The notes: generated by a model not told the origin, from the letters alone. Counted from the first letter of the stretch, positions 21,456-32,581 are shown. The stretch is 64,000 bases of DNA from an uncultured candidate division Zixibacteria bacterium (GCA_963806185.1 CAWDXE010000001.1:448001-512000); one strand, 5' to 3'. A program made the numbers and translations.

Positions 21456-22517
21456 TCATGGCGTGAACTCAAAGAGGGTTGTGTCGTATGTGTAGTGCCT
21501 CAGCGCGGAGGCAGTAGCCGGCGACTGGGACTGCAGAAGTTCAGCCACCGCGTCGATTTCCGTCTGGGTCAGTTTCGCGCGCGACGCAACAGCCACCGCG
21601 ACGGTCGTTGCTGTGTCGGATTCACACTTCAAGCCGTCAGAAAACGCGTTCGCCATTGCCTCATTGGGATCGACAATCGCCACGCGATACCCCAATTGCG
21701 CATGAAACGCGCTGTCAAATTCCTTGCGGGCATAGCCGTAGTGCGTGCAGCAGAGTGCCACCACTGCCTCGCCACGATTCTCCGGACCGCGCTTGCTCAA
21801 AGCCTCCTGCACGTACATGCTGATCAGGCTATTCACGATGTCGCTCGCCGGATCAGTCTGAATCTCCGACTCAAGATCCTCGCAGGCCTGCGTCACGATT
21901 CGATTCGCGGGAATTCCGGACTGCTCGAGGCCGCGTTGGTGAGCCTCGGATTGAATGGTCGTCGGCGTCCCCATGATGATTGCCCATTTCGAACTGTCGC
22001 TTTCCAGCTCCTCTCGCAAGGGAGCAACGCCGAAATCGACAATCCCGGCGACCGGCACCGTGCCCGTCGAGGCAAATTCCGTTGCCGGATAGACAACCGA
22101 TAGTGTATTGCAGGCGATGAGAATAATGTCGGGATGATACTTTTGGGTGAATCCGCTCAGCGCTGAGGAGAAGACGCGGGCTTTTGACCCAAGGTCAGGC
22201 ATTCTGTTGTACAGATGCTCGTTGTCGGGTAACGCGTTTGCATAGACGAGATCGACCTTGGACCCCAGCGAACAGTCACGCAACCGTTGTTCGATTGCGG
22301 CCGCCACCGACAGACCCCCCAGACCTGAGTCGGTAATGACGATGGTCACGCGGTCTTTGTGAAACAAAGCGGCGATCGCACTGGAAAGGCTGCGATCGCC
22401 AAGAACTGCGTTGTCGCTAAGAGCAGAGAGAAGTGGCCAGGTCGTGACGATCAACGCCAACACTGGGATTCGACAAAACCAATGGGAAACTCGGGTTGTC
22501 TGTCGCCCCTGCCTCAT
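21456..22517 (-). CDS. glutamate racemase family (MurI-like) with N-terminal signal/TM segment
   Basis: DSGLGGLSV, IACNTLS and LCCTHY two-cysteine motifs; hydrophobic IPVLALIVTTWPLLSALS leader. Confidence 0.88.
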   Translation of the reverse strand: MRQGRQTTRVSHWFCRIPVLALIVTTWPLLSALSDNAVLGDRSLSSAIAALFHKDRVTIVITDSGLGGLSVAAAIEQRLRDCSLGSKVDLVYANALPDNEHLYNRMPDLGSKARVFSSALSGFTQKYHPDIILIACNTLSVVYPATEFASTGTVPVAGIVDFGVAPLREELESDSSKWAIIMGTPTTIQSEAHQRGLEQSGIPANRIVTQACEDLESEIQTDPASDIVNSLISMYVQEALSKRGPENRGEAVVALCCTHYGYARKEFDSAFHAQLGYRVAIVDPNEAMANAFSDGLKCESDTATTVAVAVASRAKLTQTEIDAVAELLQSQSPATASALRHYTYDTTLFEFTP

Positions 22518-22714
22518 TTGGCGCTTCGCATTCTGACCGAAGATTCGGCCGTCTCAGTGCTGTTGATCCAGTGCAGACGCCTCTCGCGGCTCTGCTGATT
22601 GCCACCGTTTTAGTACAGCCCTATGGCACCCCCTACACACGACGCAATGCACCGTTAACTGGATGGCTTGTGCGCCCTCCAAACCACGAGGCGGAAATTC
22701 TTTCTTAGGCTGTA

Positions 22715-22729
22715 ACAATTTCCATGCCA
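22715..22729 (-). promoter_or_regulatory. sigma-54 -24/-12-like promoter for the racemase operon
   Basis: Minus strand TGGCATGGAAATTGT versus consensus TGGCAC-N5-TTGC. Confidence 0.5.
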
Positions 22730-22936
22730 GTATTTTGGCTGCTGATAGACAACGACTTAAGTGGGCTGATGGTGGACACCGATGACCAGTTCGGGCTGTT
22801 TCCGCACGCTCTGTCGTCCGGAATTAGCCCATTAATTGTGGCAATTTGATCAGGTGAAGAGAACCAGCGCGACGATACCGCCCGACCTATGGTCGGGCGG
22901 CTACGTTGCTGGATAATCAGGAGATGCAGAGGATTG

Positions 22937-25900
22937 TCAATTGCTGCAATCAGGGAGCGGTGCGAACGTGATGAAGAGGTTATTGATCAAAGCAGTAAGA
23001 TCCCCGATATCGATCCCGCCAACTCCGTCGCAATTTGCTTCACCGTCGCAACAGAGGGGTGCGAAGTCAATAAACAGGTTATTTATGAGACTCGTGAGGT
23101 CGCCGATATCAACCCCGTCATCTTCTGAGCAATCGACATTTCCGACTGTGCCAACGCAACAACCCAAATCTGCCGTTCCGAGCGTCAGCCACCCAAGTCG
23201 ATCAAGCCCCGAAGCGCTCACAAAATTCCCCGTGGTGTCGATGACACCAGGAAGTGGATTCCAGCTCGCTCCTGAATCCAGGCTCTGATATAGTCCAAGT
23301 GTGGCCTCGCCCAGACCATTTAATTCCAATACTCCGTAATGGAACACCACCGCGGCATTCAAGCCGCTTGTGACACTCGGGTCACCTGTATAGTAGCGTA
23401 AAATGCCGTTGCCGGTGGACAGCGTCTGGGCTGTGCCGGTGACTCTCATGACATGTGTTGAACCGGGAGTTGTGCCGGCGGCCGTAATTTCCAGACCAAT
23501 GCCGCCGAAATTCTGCGTCACACCCTGGTTAATTGTCCGCGTCGTTTGCACACGTCCCCAGACTGACCATAATGAATCTTCGATTAGAGTAGCCGTTGGC
23601 CCCAGCGTCAACGTATAGGCACCCGTAAGGAGGGACGAGTCGGCAACGTGAACAGTCCCACTTGCAGTTGCGTTCGCGCCCAAACTGATACCTTTGGGAG
23701 TAGCAACAGTCAGATCTCTCAGCGTCGTTGTCGCCGTCGGCAGTTCCGGGCCGGTGGTGACGCCCGTTGTCGAACTGGTGTAGCGGACATTAACCACGCC
23801 CTCAAACTGCGGCGCCGCCGCTATCGTACCGGTCGCCCGGCTGATCGTCGCACCGTTCCCCAGTTTCAGATTGGCCGTACCCGCACTGTTGTCGATCTGG
23901 CCGGAAGTCATGCGCAACAGACTGTCCACCCGGATCGTCTGCCCGCTTCCCGCCAGCACCAGAATAGCGCTGTTGTTCACTTCCAGACTGTCACTCACCA
24001 ACCGATTGTCGGTCAATGTCCAGGTCTTCTTCGTCCCGTTGCCGGCAAAGCTGAACTCGATATCCCAATAGTTGGTGTCGATCACCACCTGGTCGGTGGT
24101 GGCGCTGGACGGGTTGCGCTGATACCGCACCCGGCCATCGTTGACCAGCGTGGGAGGAAAAACGGTCGTCGACGATGTGGTTTTGTAGATGCCCCCGCGC
24201 GACAGGATGACCACCGAAGTGTCAAACCAGATGTCCGAAGTGGTCTCCTGGAGCAGTATCCCCGCCGAGTCGACGGTGATCGTTCCGGGGTTGAACATCG
24301 CTCCGCTGGTGGTTGTCCCCAGACCGGTGTTGAGATGGAGCGTCCCCCCCGGCTTGACATTGATGGTGGCCAGACTGATGTCGGACGAACTGGCATCGAT
24401 AAACTCAGCCTCGCCATAAATCGTCATCGGCCCGATCGGTGCCGAGCCGGTGTTGGAGCGGACCCAGTGCGATCCGGTACCATCGACCAGGTGGAACTCT
24501 GCTCCCGGCTGGACGGTAATGGTCAGCTGTTGATCGGCGGTGAAATTGCCCGACGAACTCCAGCGTGACTCCAGATCGTCGTCAATCGCCAACAGGAAAC
24601 TGCCGCTCTTGACGTCGAGACTGTGCTGAATCCCCAGACGCATGCCCGTACCGGCGGTGCTGACCGTGACGGTGGAGTCCTTGGCGATAATCAGATCACG
24701 GAACGAGGTTGACCCCGCGCTGGTGCTGAAGCCGGAGATGACAGCCGGAGCGCTGCCGGCGAAAACGACGTACGCGCTGTCGGATGACCAGCCGGCGGAA
24801 AAGACATTGTGGGTTTCGGAGAAGAGGGTGAAATCGCCGTAAATGGAAAGACGACTCTTGGCGTTAAGATCGATCAGCGCGTCGGTGCCGCCGAACGTGA
24901 CCGACTTGCACATCGCCAAGGTATCGTCTACTGAAATCGTATGGCCGGCAGAGATGACAACATCATCAGTTGGGCCGGGCACGAGGCCGCCGATCCAGGT
25001 GTCGGGATCAGTCCAGCTCCCGCCCTGGGCGGTGCCGAAATTGATGTGTGCGGGAAACGTCGCGGCAATCGCATTGGCCAGTTTATTCCAATTGGCCTCA
25101 GTATCTCTCAAACCCGTGTATACCTGTTCCAGGTGAATGAAGCGTCCGGTCGTTGAGGTGGCCAATGTGCCACATGGATCGGCGCTGCCGTTTATCAGCC
25201 TTCCCTGGGTATTATCACGGCCTATCAGGCGGTCCCAGGTCATGTCGACATGCGCGACCTTGAACGTGAGAGTCGCATCCTGGAGCAGCAGATTATCACG
25301 CAATTGGATCGCATAGTCGTCGATGGGCGTATACCTGGTGCCGTTACTCATGATGATATCCGGATCGCCTGCCTCGGGCGAGAAGCCGTGCGGCTGGATA
25401 ACGATGAGATTCGGAATCGGGGTCAGCATCTCTTCCATGGTTACCTGAAATGGTCCCAGCACAACATGAGCCTGATCGGAGTAGCGATAGTTGTCGTAAG
25501 TTTCCGAACAGGCTGTCGTGGTGCCGTCGCACGGGGAAGCTGTGACGCCGTTGCACCGATGCGTACCGGAAAGAAAGTAGGCCTTGGCGCCCGTTTTGCG
25601 AAAGGCATGAAACCCCTGTTGTCCGGTCTTACGATCGTGCAGAGGATGCGGGCACTGAATGACCAGCGTCGGCCGCCAGGGTGATGGATTGAACACGAAC
25701 GTGCCCCAATACCGTGACGCGGATGTCGCTTGCCGTTCCAGAATGTAATACAGTTTGTCGGGTGTGGCCACGGTGTCGGTGAACGCGGTGACCTGATATT
25801 CGATAGACTCGCCCAGCGAGTCGGCGACGGCATAATTGCCATTGAGGATATTCTGGATAATCGACCGCCACAGCGTACGCGACGACGCCCCCGGTTGAAG

Positions 25901-26044
25901 GTAAAGCCCCGAAGGAGTTGCATCCGGGATCACTCCGATCAGACTGTCGATGTGCTCGGTAATGTCGCCGTTGACCACCACTTGTCCCGAAAGACCGGCA
26001 CTGATCAACAAGAATAGGAAGGCGAAGCTTAGGATGTGTTTCAT
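22937..26044 (-). CDS. secreted protein (~1035 aa): putative Zn-hydrolase head, one repeat module, dockerin-like tail
   Basis: Signal peptide MKHILSFAFLFLL; PHPLHD, DQAH, QPHG, NTQGR, FIHLEQ; paralog of 15762..21318. Confidence 0.85.
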   Translation of the reverse strand: MKHILSFAFLFLLISAGLSGQVVVNGDITEHIDSLIGVIPDATPSGLYLQPGASSRTLWRSIIQNILNGNYAVADSLGESIEYQVTAFTDTVATPDKLYYILERQATSASRYWGTFVFNPSPWRPTLVIQCPHPLHDRKTGQQGFHAFRKTGAKAYFLSGTHRCNGVTASPCDGTTTACSETYDNYRYSDQAHVVLGPFQVTMEEMLTPIPNLIVIQPHGFSPEAGDPDIIMSNGTRYTPIDDYAIQLRDNLLLQDATLTFKVAHVDMTWDRLIGRDNTQGRLINGSADPCGTLATSTTGRFIHLEQVYTGLRDTEANWNKLANAIAATFPAHINFGTAQGGSWTDPDTWIGGLVPGPTDDVVISAGHTISVDDTLAMCKSVTFGGTDALIDLNAKSRLSIYGDFTLFSETHNVFSAGWSSDSAYVVFAGSAPAVISGFSTSAGSTSFRDLIIAKDSTVTVSTAGTGMRLGIQHSLDVKSGSFLLAIDDDLESRWSSSGNFTADQQLTITVQPGAEFHLVDGTGSHWVRSNTGSAPIGPMTIYGEAEFIDASSSDISLATINVKPGGTLHLNTGLGTTTSGAMFNPGTITVDSAGILLQETTSDIWFDTSVVILSRGGIYKTTSSTTVFPPTLVNDGRVRYQRNPSSATTDQVVIDTNYWDIEFSFAGNGTKKTWTLTDNRLVSDSLEVNNSAILVLAGSGQTIRVDSLLRMTSGQIDNSAGTANLKLGNGATISRATGTIAAAPQFEGVVNVRYTSSTTGVTTGPELPTATTTLRDLTVATPKGISLGANATASGTVHVADSSLLTGAYTLTLGPTATLIEDSLWSVWGRVQTTRTINQGVTQNFGGIGLEITAAGTTPGSTHVMRVTGTAQTLSTGNGILRYYTGDPSVTSGLNAAVVFHYGVLELNGLGEATLGLYQSLDSGASWNPLPGVIDTTGNFVSASGLDRLGWLTLGTADLGCCVGTVGNVDCSEDDGVDIGDLTSLINNLFIDFAPLCCDGEANCDGVGGIDIGDLTALINNLFITFAPLPDCSN
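23710..24949 (+). repeat. ~1.24 kb duplication, copy 2
   Basis: Matches 16808..18047. Confidence 0.95.
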
Positions 26045-26112
26045 GTTCTCACCGGTTATGCTCTTGCTACACGTTTCTGAGTCTTCATATATATCGACGC
26101 GCTCAGCCACAT

Positions 26113-27231
26113 TCACTCTTCGTGGCCGAAAGTTTTTTTGTTCGCCACAGCAGGGTGGGTTGATTGCGCCCGCAGTGTGCGGTTTGCTCTCACTCGAACC
26201 CCCAGCAGAGCGGCACATATAGCCGCCAAGCCAACAGCAGGCCCGATCGGGTTGGCCACCCGGTCGAAGTAGAGATCAGTCGATTCGGGAATCTGATTCC
26301 CCGGCGCTACCGGCAAGCCAAACCGGGCCGCCAGATCTTTGATGTTGAGCAAATGAACGATGGGGATATTCCGCTCGGCAAGGCGCACAAGTAGGCCGCG
26401 CTCTTCATCCTGACAGCCGCTCCAATGCTCATGATAACCGTTTGGTATGGAGAGTTCGTGACCGCAACGCCCCATGGCCGCCTGGTTGCCGCCAATATTA
26501 ATGACGAGACTCACGTGCTCTTTCACGAGCAGATTGGTCTTTGCAAGAATCGACTCCTGCAACGATCCGGGATGGTACACTGTGACGTTACACCTCACGG
26601 CCGCCTGTTTAAGAAGCAGAACGCCTTCGTCAAGCATGCCGCCGCCGTTGTCGTTCTCACCGCCTAACGACACAATCATTGAGCGGTACTTCAGCCCGGC
26701 GTTGTCCGCTAACCACTTCTCCATATCGATCCAGGTTGCACCAGGCTGATTCGCACCGTATGCGGACGCCCCGAGCGACGAAAAAACTATCGCCTTCGCG
26801 CCGACTGTCTGTACCGCCGCCAACGCGGCGATACTCAGGGTAGGAAATGACCCGGAGAGCACTACTCCCACGGTGGAAGTGGAGTCAATGCCTGCCTCCT
26901 TCAGCCACCGAACCACCAGTGCGGCGAAGTCGGGGTTGGCCGCCGTCTCTTTGGCTTCCAGCGATCCAAGCGTGGTTGTGGTTGATGTAAAGTCATCGCC
27001 GATCAGAGCATTGTAGTGCGTTGTTGATCGACTGTCGGAAACTATCTGCTGAGAAGTCTTAAGCCGTTCTATCGACTCGAACCATTTGGCGCAGAGAACG
27101 GAAGCCTGCCGCATCTCAGTTTCGAATGGCAGACGATCAGAGGTGAACGATACTTCGTTTACGATCACGACTGCCGCAATAGAGATCAGCAGTACGAGAG
27201 CCATCCACAATGTGCTTATAGGCCGTTTCAT
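26113..27231 (-). CDS. pgsW: poly-gamma-glutamate system protein PgsW
   Basis: LIGDDFTSTTTTLGSLEAKETAANPDFAA, SGSFP, SLGASAYGAN, INIGGN; follows pgsC. Confidence 0.88.
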   Translation of the reverse strand: MKRPISTLWMALVLLISIAAVVIVNEVSFTSDRLPFETEMRQASVLCAKWFESIERLKTSQQIVSDSRSTTHYNALIGDDFTSTTTTLGSLEAKETAANPDFAALVVRWLKEAGIDSTSTVGVVLSGSFPTLSIAALAAVQTVGAKAIVFSSLGASAYGANQPGATWIDMEKWLADNAGLKYRSMIVSLGGENDNGGGMLDEGVLLLKQAAVRCNVTVYHPGSLQESILAKTNLLVKEHVSLVINIGGNQAAMGRCGHELSIPNGYHEHWSGCQDEERGLLVRLAERNIPIVHLLNIKDLAARFGLPVAPGNQIPESTDLYFDRVANPIGPAVGLAAICAALLGVRVRANRTLRAQSTHPAVANKKTFGHEE

Positions 27232-27235
27232 AACT

Positions 27236-27664
27236 TCATCGTATCAGCACAATTATCAGGAAGGTAATAGCACTCACCACGCCGAGCGCGGCGGCGGTTT
27301 TCACGAAACCCTGGCGTGAGGACTCGTTGGCGATTAGTCCCGGAATGATGTAGCCGATCGACTGCATATTAAGCGGGAATCCTGCGAAGGGCTGAAACTG
27401 CATCTCAATCCCTACCTTAATGCAGAAGCCGAGCAGAACAGCCAACAGCAGGCGACGTCGTCCGTACAGAATGGCGTGACGCGAAAGGAAGAGCATGATC
27501 GCCCACACTGCCGCCGCGAGAAGCAGGGTGATCGCAATGCGGCCGGGTTCGTAAACATAGAGCGCACAATAGGCGGGGGCGATTACCCCGCCCGGAGAAA
27601 TGTCGGTCAATTCATAAAACAGAAAGCCGACTACCAGCCCGATGAAAAAGTACTCAAACAACAT
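27236..27664 (-). CDS. pgsC: PGA biosynthesis membrane protein PgsC/CapC
   Basis: SPGGVIAPAY, ILYGRRR, SIGYIIPGLIAN. Confidence 0.93.
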   Translation of the reverse strand: MLFEYFFIGLVVGFLFYELTDISPGGVIAPAYCALYVYEPGRIAITLLLAAAVWAIMLFLSRHAILYGRRRLLLAVLLGFCIKVGIEMQFQPFAGFPLNMQSIGYIIPGLIANESSRQGFVKTAAALGVVSAITFLIIVLIR

Positions 27665-28809
27665 CGGCGCTCCCGGCCCGTAACGTGACCAACAACAGAT
27701 GGCCATCGCCGCCGATGTTCCCCAGCCCCATCACCAGGTGCTGCGGAGAAATGCCCAGTCGGGCCAATTCCTGTTGGCTGTCGCGAATCTGCCTGCGCGT
27801 CCAGCTTACCACGGCTCCGCGAGGACATCCCGCCGAAATCAGGGCCCGGCGCATGTACGGGGCGTGACTACCGATAACGATCACATGGCTCAAGTCTTTG
27901 AGGGTCGGCATGAACTTCGAGAACAGGGTCGATCGGAGCGGCCGGTCTGCGCGAGCATTGAATACTACTGTCAAGTGCGTGGTTTCAGGATAGCGCGAGC
28001 GCCAATATGCGATGAACTGCCCGGCGGACGTCACATCATTGACCGCAAACCCATTGACAAAGGGCACACCATGATCAATCGTGAAGACATCGGGTCGACT
28101 TGCTTGAACCGCTTCGGCTACAATTGCCGGATATGCTATTTCCGATGTCACGCCGCTTGCCTGACATGCCGCCAACGCCAGCGCCACGTTGACGGGAAAG
28201 ACCCCCTCGGGAAGACTGTCTGACTGCTCTGACCGCAAGTCAGGGACCACCGTTACCCGATTGCCCAGCCTGGCCGCCCGGGCTTTGAGTGGTTCCACAT
28301 GCGCGCCCGCGGCGGTGATAACCATTGAGCCGGGAGTCATCGCCCCACAGGGCGGCAATCTGCTGTTCGGTATCGTTACCCAGTTCTTCGCGATGGTCGT
28401 CCAACACATTGGTGAGCAGGTATATGTGCGGTCGAAATACTCGGGCTTCGACAGCTTGCAGATCCGGTCGGATTGACATGCACTCCAATACCAATGCGTC
28501 CGCACTCCCGCGGGCAGCGCGCAGAATAGTCTTGAATTGCTCTTGAACTCTGGCGCCGCTCCGGCGTATGACGGGGACAGACGACCCATCCGGGCGGATC
28601 AACGTCGGTGTGATGCCGGTGATCTTGGCCATCGTCTTTCGACCGCCGGCGCGAAGTCCCGCCGCTATGTATCTGGTGACACTAGACTTGCCACGGGTAC
28701 CGTTCACATGAATACGAATAGACAGGCGGTTGGCCCTGTTTCGGACAACCGTCCCCTCAACGAATAATAGAATCAAGACAAGAATCAACAAACCAAGAGG
28801 TATCATCAT
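27654..28809 (-). CDS. pgsB: poly-gamma-glutamate synthase PgsB/CapB, frameshift near 28345
   Basis: RIHVNGTRGKSSVTR, AKITG, LVLECM, TNVLDDH in 28240..28809; FVNGFAVND, NARADRPLRS, GLGNIGG in 27654..28589. Confidence 0.92.
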
Positions 28810-28844
28810 GTGGGTACAGTCCGGAGCACGTTCGCTCGCTCAAG

Positions 28845-30784
28845 TCAATATCCGATAGCCACCCCTCCGCGGCGCTTGTCCGCCGAACCGTAGTAGGTGC
28901 CCGTCGCCTGATCGACGACGATCACTTGTACGCCGCCGAAGAACAGATCCTGGCCCTCGTACCGGCGTATCGTGTGTCCCATCCGTTCCAGTTCGGCGCA
29001 CACCGTGTCGCCGATGCCTCCCTCGGTAAAAAGAAAGTCCTCGAATTTCTCGCAGAAAAATCTTGGCGCGGCATTCGCCTCATCCGCATTCATGTGGAAA
29101 TCGATGACGTTGACCATGACTTCCACCACGGTGCAGATGATTCGGCTGGCTCCCGGTGATCCGACGACCATGAGGGGCTGACCATCTTTCAGCACGACCG
29201 TGGGACAGATCGAACTGCGCGGCTGTTTGTTCGGCTCGACCAGATTGGGCGTGGCCGACTCGGAGAAATTGGACATGCCGCAGTTCAGGAGTACGCCTTC
29301 GGCAGTGATCCCGGATCCAAAAAACGTTCCCAGCGTTTGCGTCAGGGCGACCATGTTACCCTCGCCGTCAATCACTGAAAGGTGGGTCGTATGACCGCCG
29401 TCGTATCCGTTGTCATCCGGAGTCTCGTTGCCATCGCCCGTCGTGTCGCTCGGCGCTTCTTCGGGATTCGCCGGTCTCTTTTCTTTCACGGCCGCGCCAC
29501 TCTTCTTGCCGCCCAACTATCGAACATGTTCTCGTCGAATCCACCGCGGTTGGTGCCGGACTCGTCCAGCCCGTCGTCCCACCCTTTGGCGGTCTTTCCG
29601 GATTGCACACGACTTCCGCCGGCGGACGTCCGGCTCTGATCGAATGGCTCCGGATTCCCCGCCTGGGTGAGGCGGTACTGTTTTGGCTCGGCGCGGTACA
29701 GGTTGATGTCGTCGACGCGTTGGCGAGCGTAGTCCTTGTTGATGATGCCATCGACCGGCACATACGTAAACTGCGGATCGCCGAGGTACTGCCAACGGTC
29801 AGCATAGCTGCGTCGGAGAGTCTCGGCCATGAAGTGCAGAGTCTTCGCCGAGGTGCTGAAGTGCCCCATTGCCGCGATGTTTTCATTTTCGAGCATATTA
29901 AGTGACTGGATAATGGTCGAACCTGACTGCGGCGCGGCGGCGGAGATGATTTGACACCCGCGATATGTTCCCTCGACCGGTGCGAGAAGCTCAGCCTTGT
30001 AGTTGGCCATATCGTCAATGGTCAGGGCGCCACCCAGTTCGGTGACCCGCTTCACGATCCCTTCAGCGACCGGTCCGGTGTAGAATCCTCGCTGGCCCTT
30101 TGCGGCGATGATCTTGAGTGTATTGGCCAAATCCGGCTGGCGGAGCGTGTCGCCTTCCATCCTGGGAAAACCATCAGCCAGAAATATCGCCGCAGTGGCT
30201 GAGTCGCTCTGGATCGTCTCAAGATTATCGAGCATCAGTTGTGCCAGCGTAGCGTCGACGGGAAAGCCGTCGCCGGCCAACCGAATTGCCGGCTCAATCA
30301 CCTGCGCAAGAGGAAGACGCCCAAACTGTTGCAGGGCCTGGGTCAATCCGGCCACTGTCCCGGGTACCAGAATCGACTTGGCGGTCGTCCGATCTTTGTC
30401 TCCGCGATAGTCGATGCGGTCGATAATGCCGGACGTGCGATGATAATAGTTGATGTACGACGACCGCTTGGTGTCGTTCATGTATATGACCATGCCGCCG
30501 CCGCCGCCCAACCCCGAACCATCGGGCTCGACAACGCCGATGGCAAACGCCGCGGCGACAGCGGCGTCGACGGCGTTACCGCCCTCTCTTAGCACTTCAA
30601 GCGCGGCTTGAGAGGCCAGCGGATGAGCCGTGGCCACCATTCCCTGCTTGCCGGTGGCCATATCTGTTGCCGCCGTCTGCGCGAAAAGACCTGACGGCAT
30701 CGCCCCTGCCAGTATCAGGAGACTGGCGATAACCGCCACCAGCTGATAGGTATGTCTCCGCTTATTCATGTGCTTCATCTCCAT
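28845..30784 (-). CDS. ggt: gamma-glutamyltransferase (GGT/CapD-like), exported; frameshift near 29515
   Basis: GMVATAHPLAS, GGNAVDAA, SGLGGGG; HTTHLSVID nucleophile Thr, PRSSICP, GSPGA, SADKRRGG. Confidence 0.92.
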
Positions 30785-30837
30785 AAATCACCAGCATTCG
30801 GGCGCAGCGGCTTTCGAACGGTCGCAACGCCGCCTGT

Positions 30838-31470
30838 TTACTTCTTAAATATCTGGCCCAGCGGCGTCGCCACGTCGGCAATTTTCACCACAACGTCGAT
30901 CGGAATCTTCTTCGCTTCCGCGATCTTCGTGAAGTATTTATCCTCGTCCCCCTGAGCAACCACAACGAGTCGCTCAGAGTCCGTCGCCGCCACTTTACAG
31001 AAATCGTCCGACTGGCCGCCGCGCCGGGCGGAACCGCCGATGTGAACGGTCACAATCGGAATCTTCTTTTCCTTGGCCGCCGCGACGAGGGCGACCACAC
31101 GATCCATTTCATCCTTTTGGCTCACACCGGCCGCGCCAAGGCCTTTGGACGAGAACCCCGGAACGATCACCAGTGTCTTGACTCCTTCGAGATCAGCCGA
31201 TTTGGCCATTCCCACAACCTTGGCGTCAAGTTTCTGCTGTTTCGCCAACATGCCGACCAATTTCACGTCGGCACTTTGTCCGGCGGAAGTGATCAGGATC
31301 GGCTGTTCGAGCGCGGCTTTCTGCTGCTCCTGTGCCACAACGGTCAGACCGCACAGCATCACAATCGCCAGGACGATAATACTACCCGGTAGATTCTCCG
31401 TGCGAGACTTTGTATTCTTAGATTGTTCATTTATGTCGTACTCATTATCGCAAATAGTGGCCGATCCCAT
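30838..31470 (-). CDS. DUF6305-like exported protein
   Basis: PILITSAGQSAD, GFSSKGLGAAG, HIGGSARRG; start uncertain. Confidence 0.75.
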   Translation of the reverse strand: MGSATICDNEYDINEQSKNTKSRTENLPGSIIVLAIVMLCGLTVVAQEQQKAALEQPILITSAGQSADVKLVGMLAKQQKLDAKVVGMAKSADLEGVKTLVIVPGFSSKGLGAAGVSQKDEMDRVVALVAAAKEKKIPIVTVHIGGSARRGGQSDDFCKVAATDSERLVVVAQGDEDKYFTKIAEAKKIPIDVVVKIADVATPLGQIFKK

Positions 31471-32549
31471 TGCTTATCACCTCATCATAGGACGGCAGCC
31501 CGCCGGTCACAATACTTTTGTCCGGATACATCTCTGAATAGGCGCCAAGGATCGCCTGGAAACCCTGCAAATGGCGCCCCACCCGCAGATCAAGCGGCTC
31601 ACCCTCGGGAAGATATTCAATACGCAGCTTTCCGGATTCCAGCGCGCGTTTATACTCCTCGCTGACGCCATACAGGATCAACTGCTCATCGGTCTTGCCG
31701 CGCAGTCGCCCCTGAATAGGGTTGCTGGTCTCCATGAGGAACGGCATGACGTCCGTCCGGTCTCCCCATTCACGATGGCTCAGGCCGCGAAAGCTCTCCG
31801 GCGATGATTCGGGTGAATAGCGAAGGTCGGACATTTCCAGATTCAGCACCGCTGCGAGGGCAACATCTTCTCCTTTGGGATGGTATACGATCGCATTGAT
31901 AATAGGTATCTCCGGTGCGGCTTCGTGCAGGTCGAACGCTACATCGACGTTCTCCTTCTGGATCAGTTGCATGATTGCGTAAGCGACTTTTTCGGTGAAA
32001 CTGCCGTCCGGCCGTCCCGGATATGCTCGATTGAGATTGCGCGATTCGAACCCGGATAACTGATTGCCCGACGGATAGTGGAGATAAACCAGCGGATCGG
32101 GCCACTGGTCGATCGGATTAGACACGCGCGAACCGAACCGAAATGTGCGTGGAGCGGTCTGCCCTTTGATTGTGAACGAGGTAGGGCATCCTTCAAATGG
32201 ATCAGTGCAGCTGAAGCCACTGGCGCAAGCCTGTGGAATCACCAGCAACCGGCCGGGCGGTCACGTTCGCATTCTCAGCTACGAGAGTAGCGGTGATGAA
32301 TCCGGAAGGTTCGTTTGGATGAGTCCCGCCGAGGAGAAGCACCGTTGCGCCCGGATGGCCGCTCTCGAAGAAGTAGATCTTCGTATCGCCGGATGTTCCC
32401 TTGATCTCCGTGAAGTAGTCGCTCAGCATGCCGGTACGCGTCAAGTGCTCCGACGGTCTGATCAGATCGGGTACACGTTGGGCCAGGAAATCCATAGAGG
32501 CCGCTGTCGCCATTACAGCGGCACACAACAGGAAGAAGACGGCAGACAA
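31445..32549 (-). CDS. succinylglutamate desuccinylase/aspartoacylase (M14-like) Zn deacylase; frameshift near 32255
   Basis: GGTHPNEPSG, RNLNRAYPG, FDLHEA, FLMET; TTG start after GGAGG is tentative. Confidence 0.85.
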
Positions 32550-32581
32550 TACCTGCCTCCGGGTGCTCGGGTGCGTAGGAC

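Noticed and set aside
16808..24949. Duplicated block as a diversity-generating retroelement TR/VR pair
   Set aside because: Far too long, both copies are coding, differences are too few to show adenine-specific mutagenesis, and there is no reverse transcriptase.
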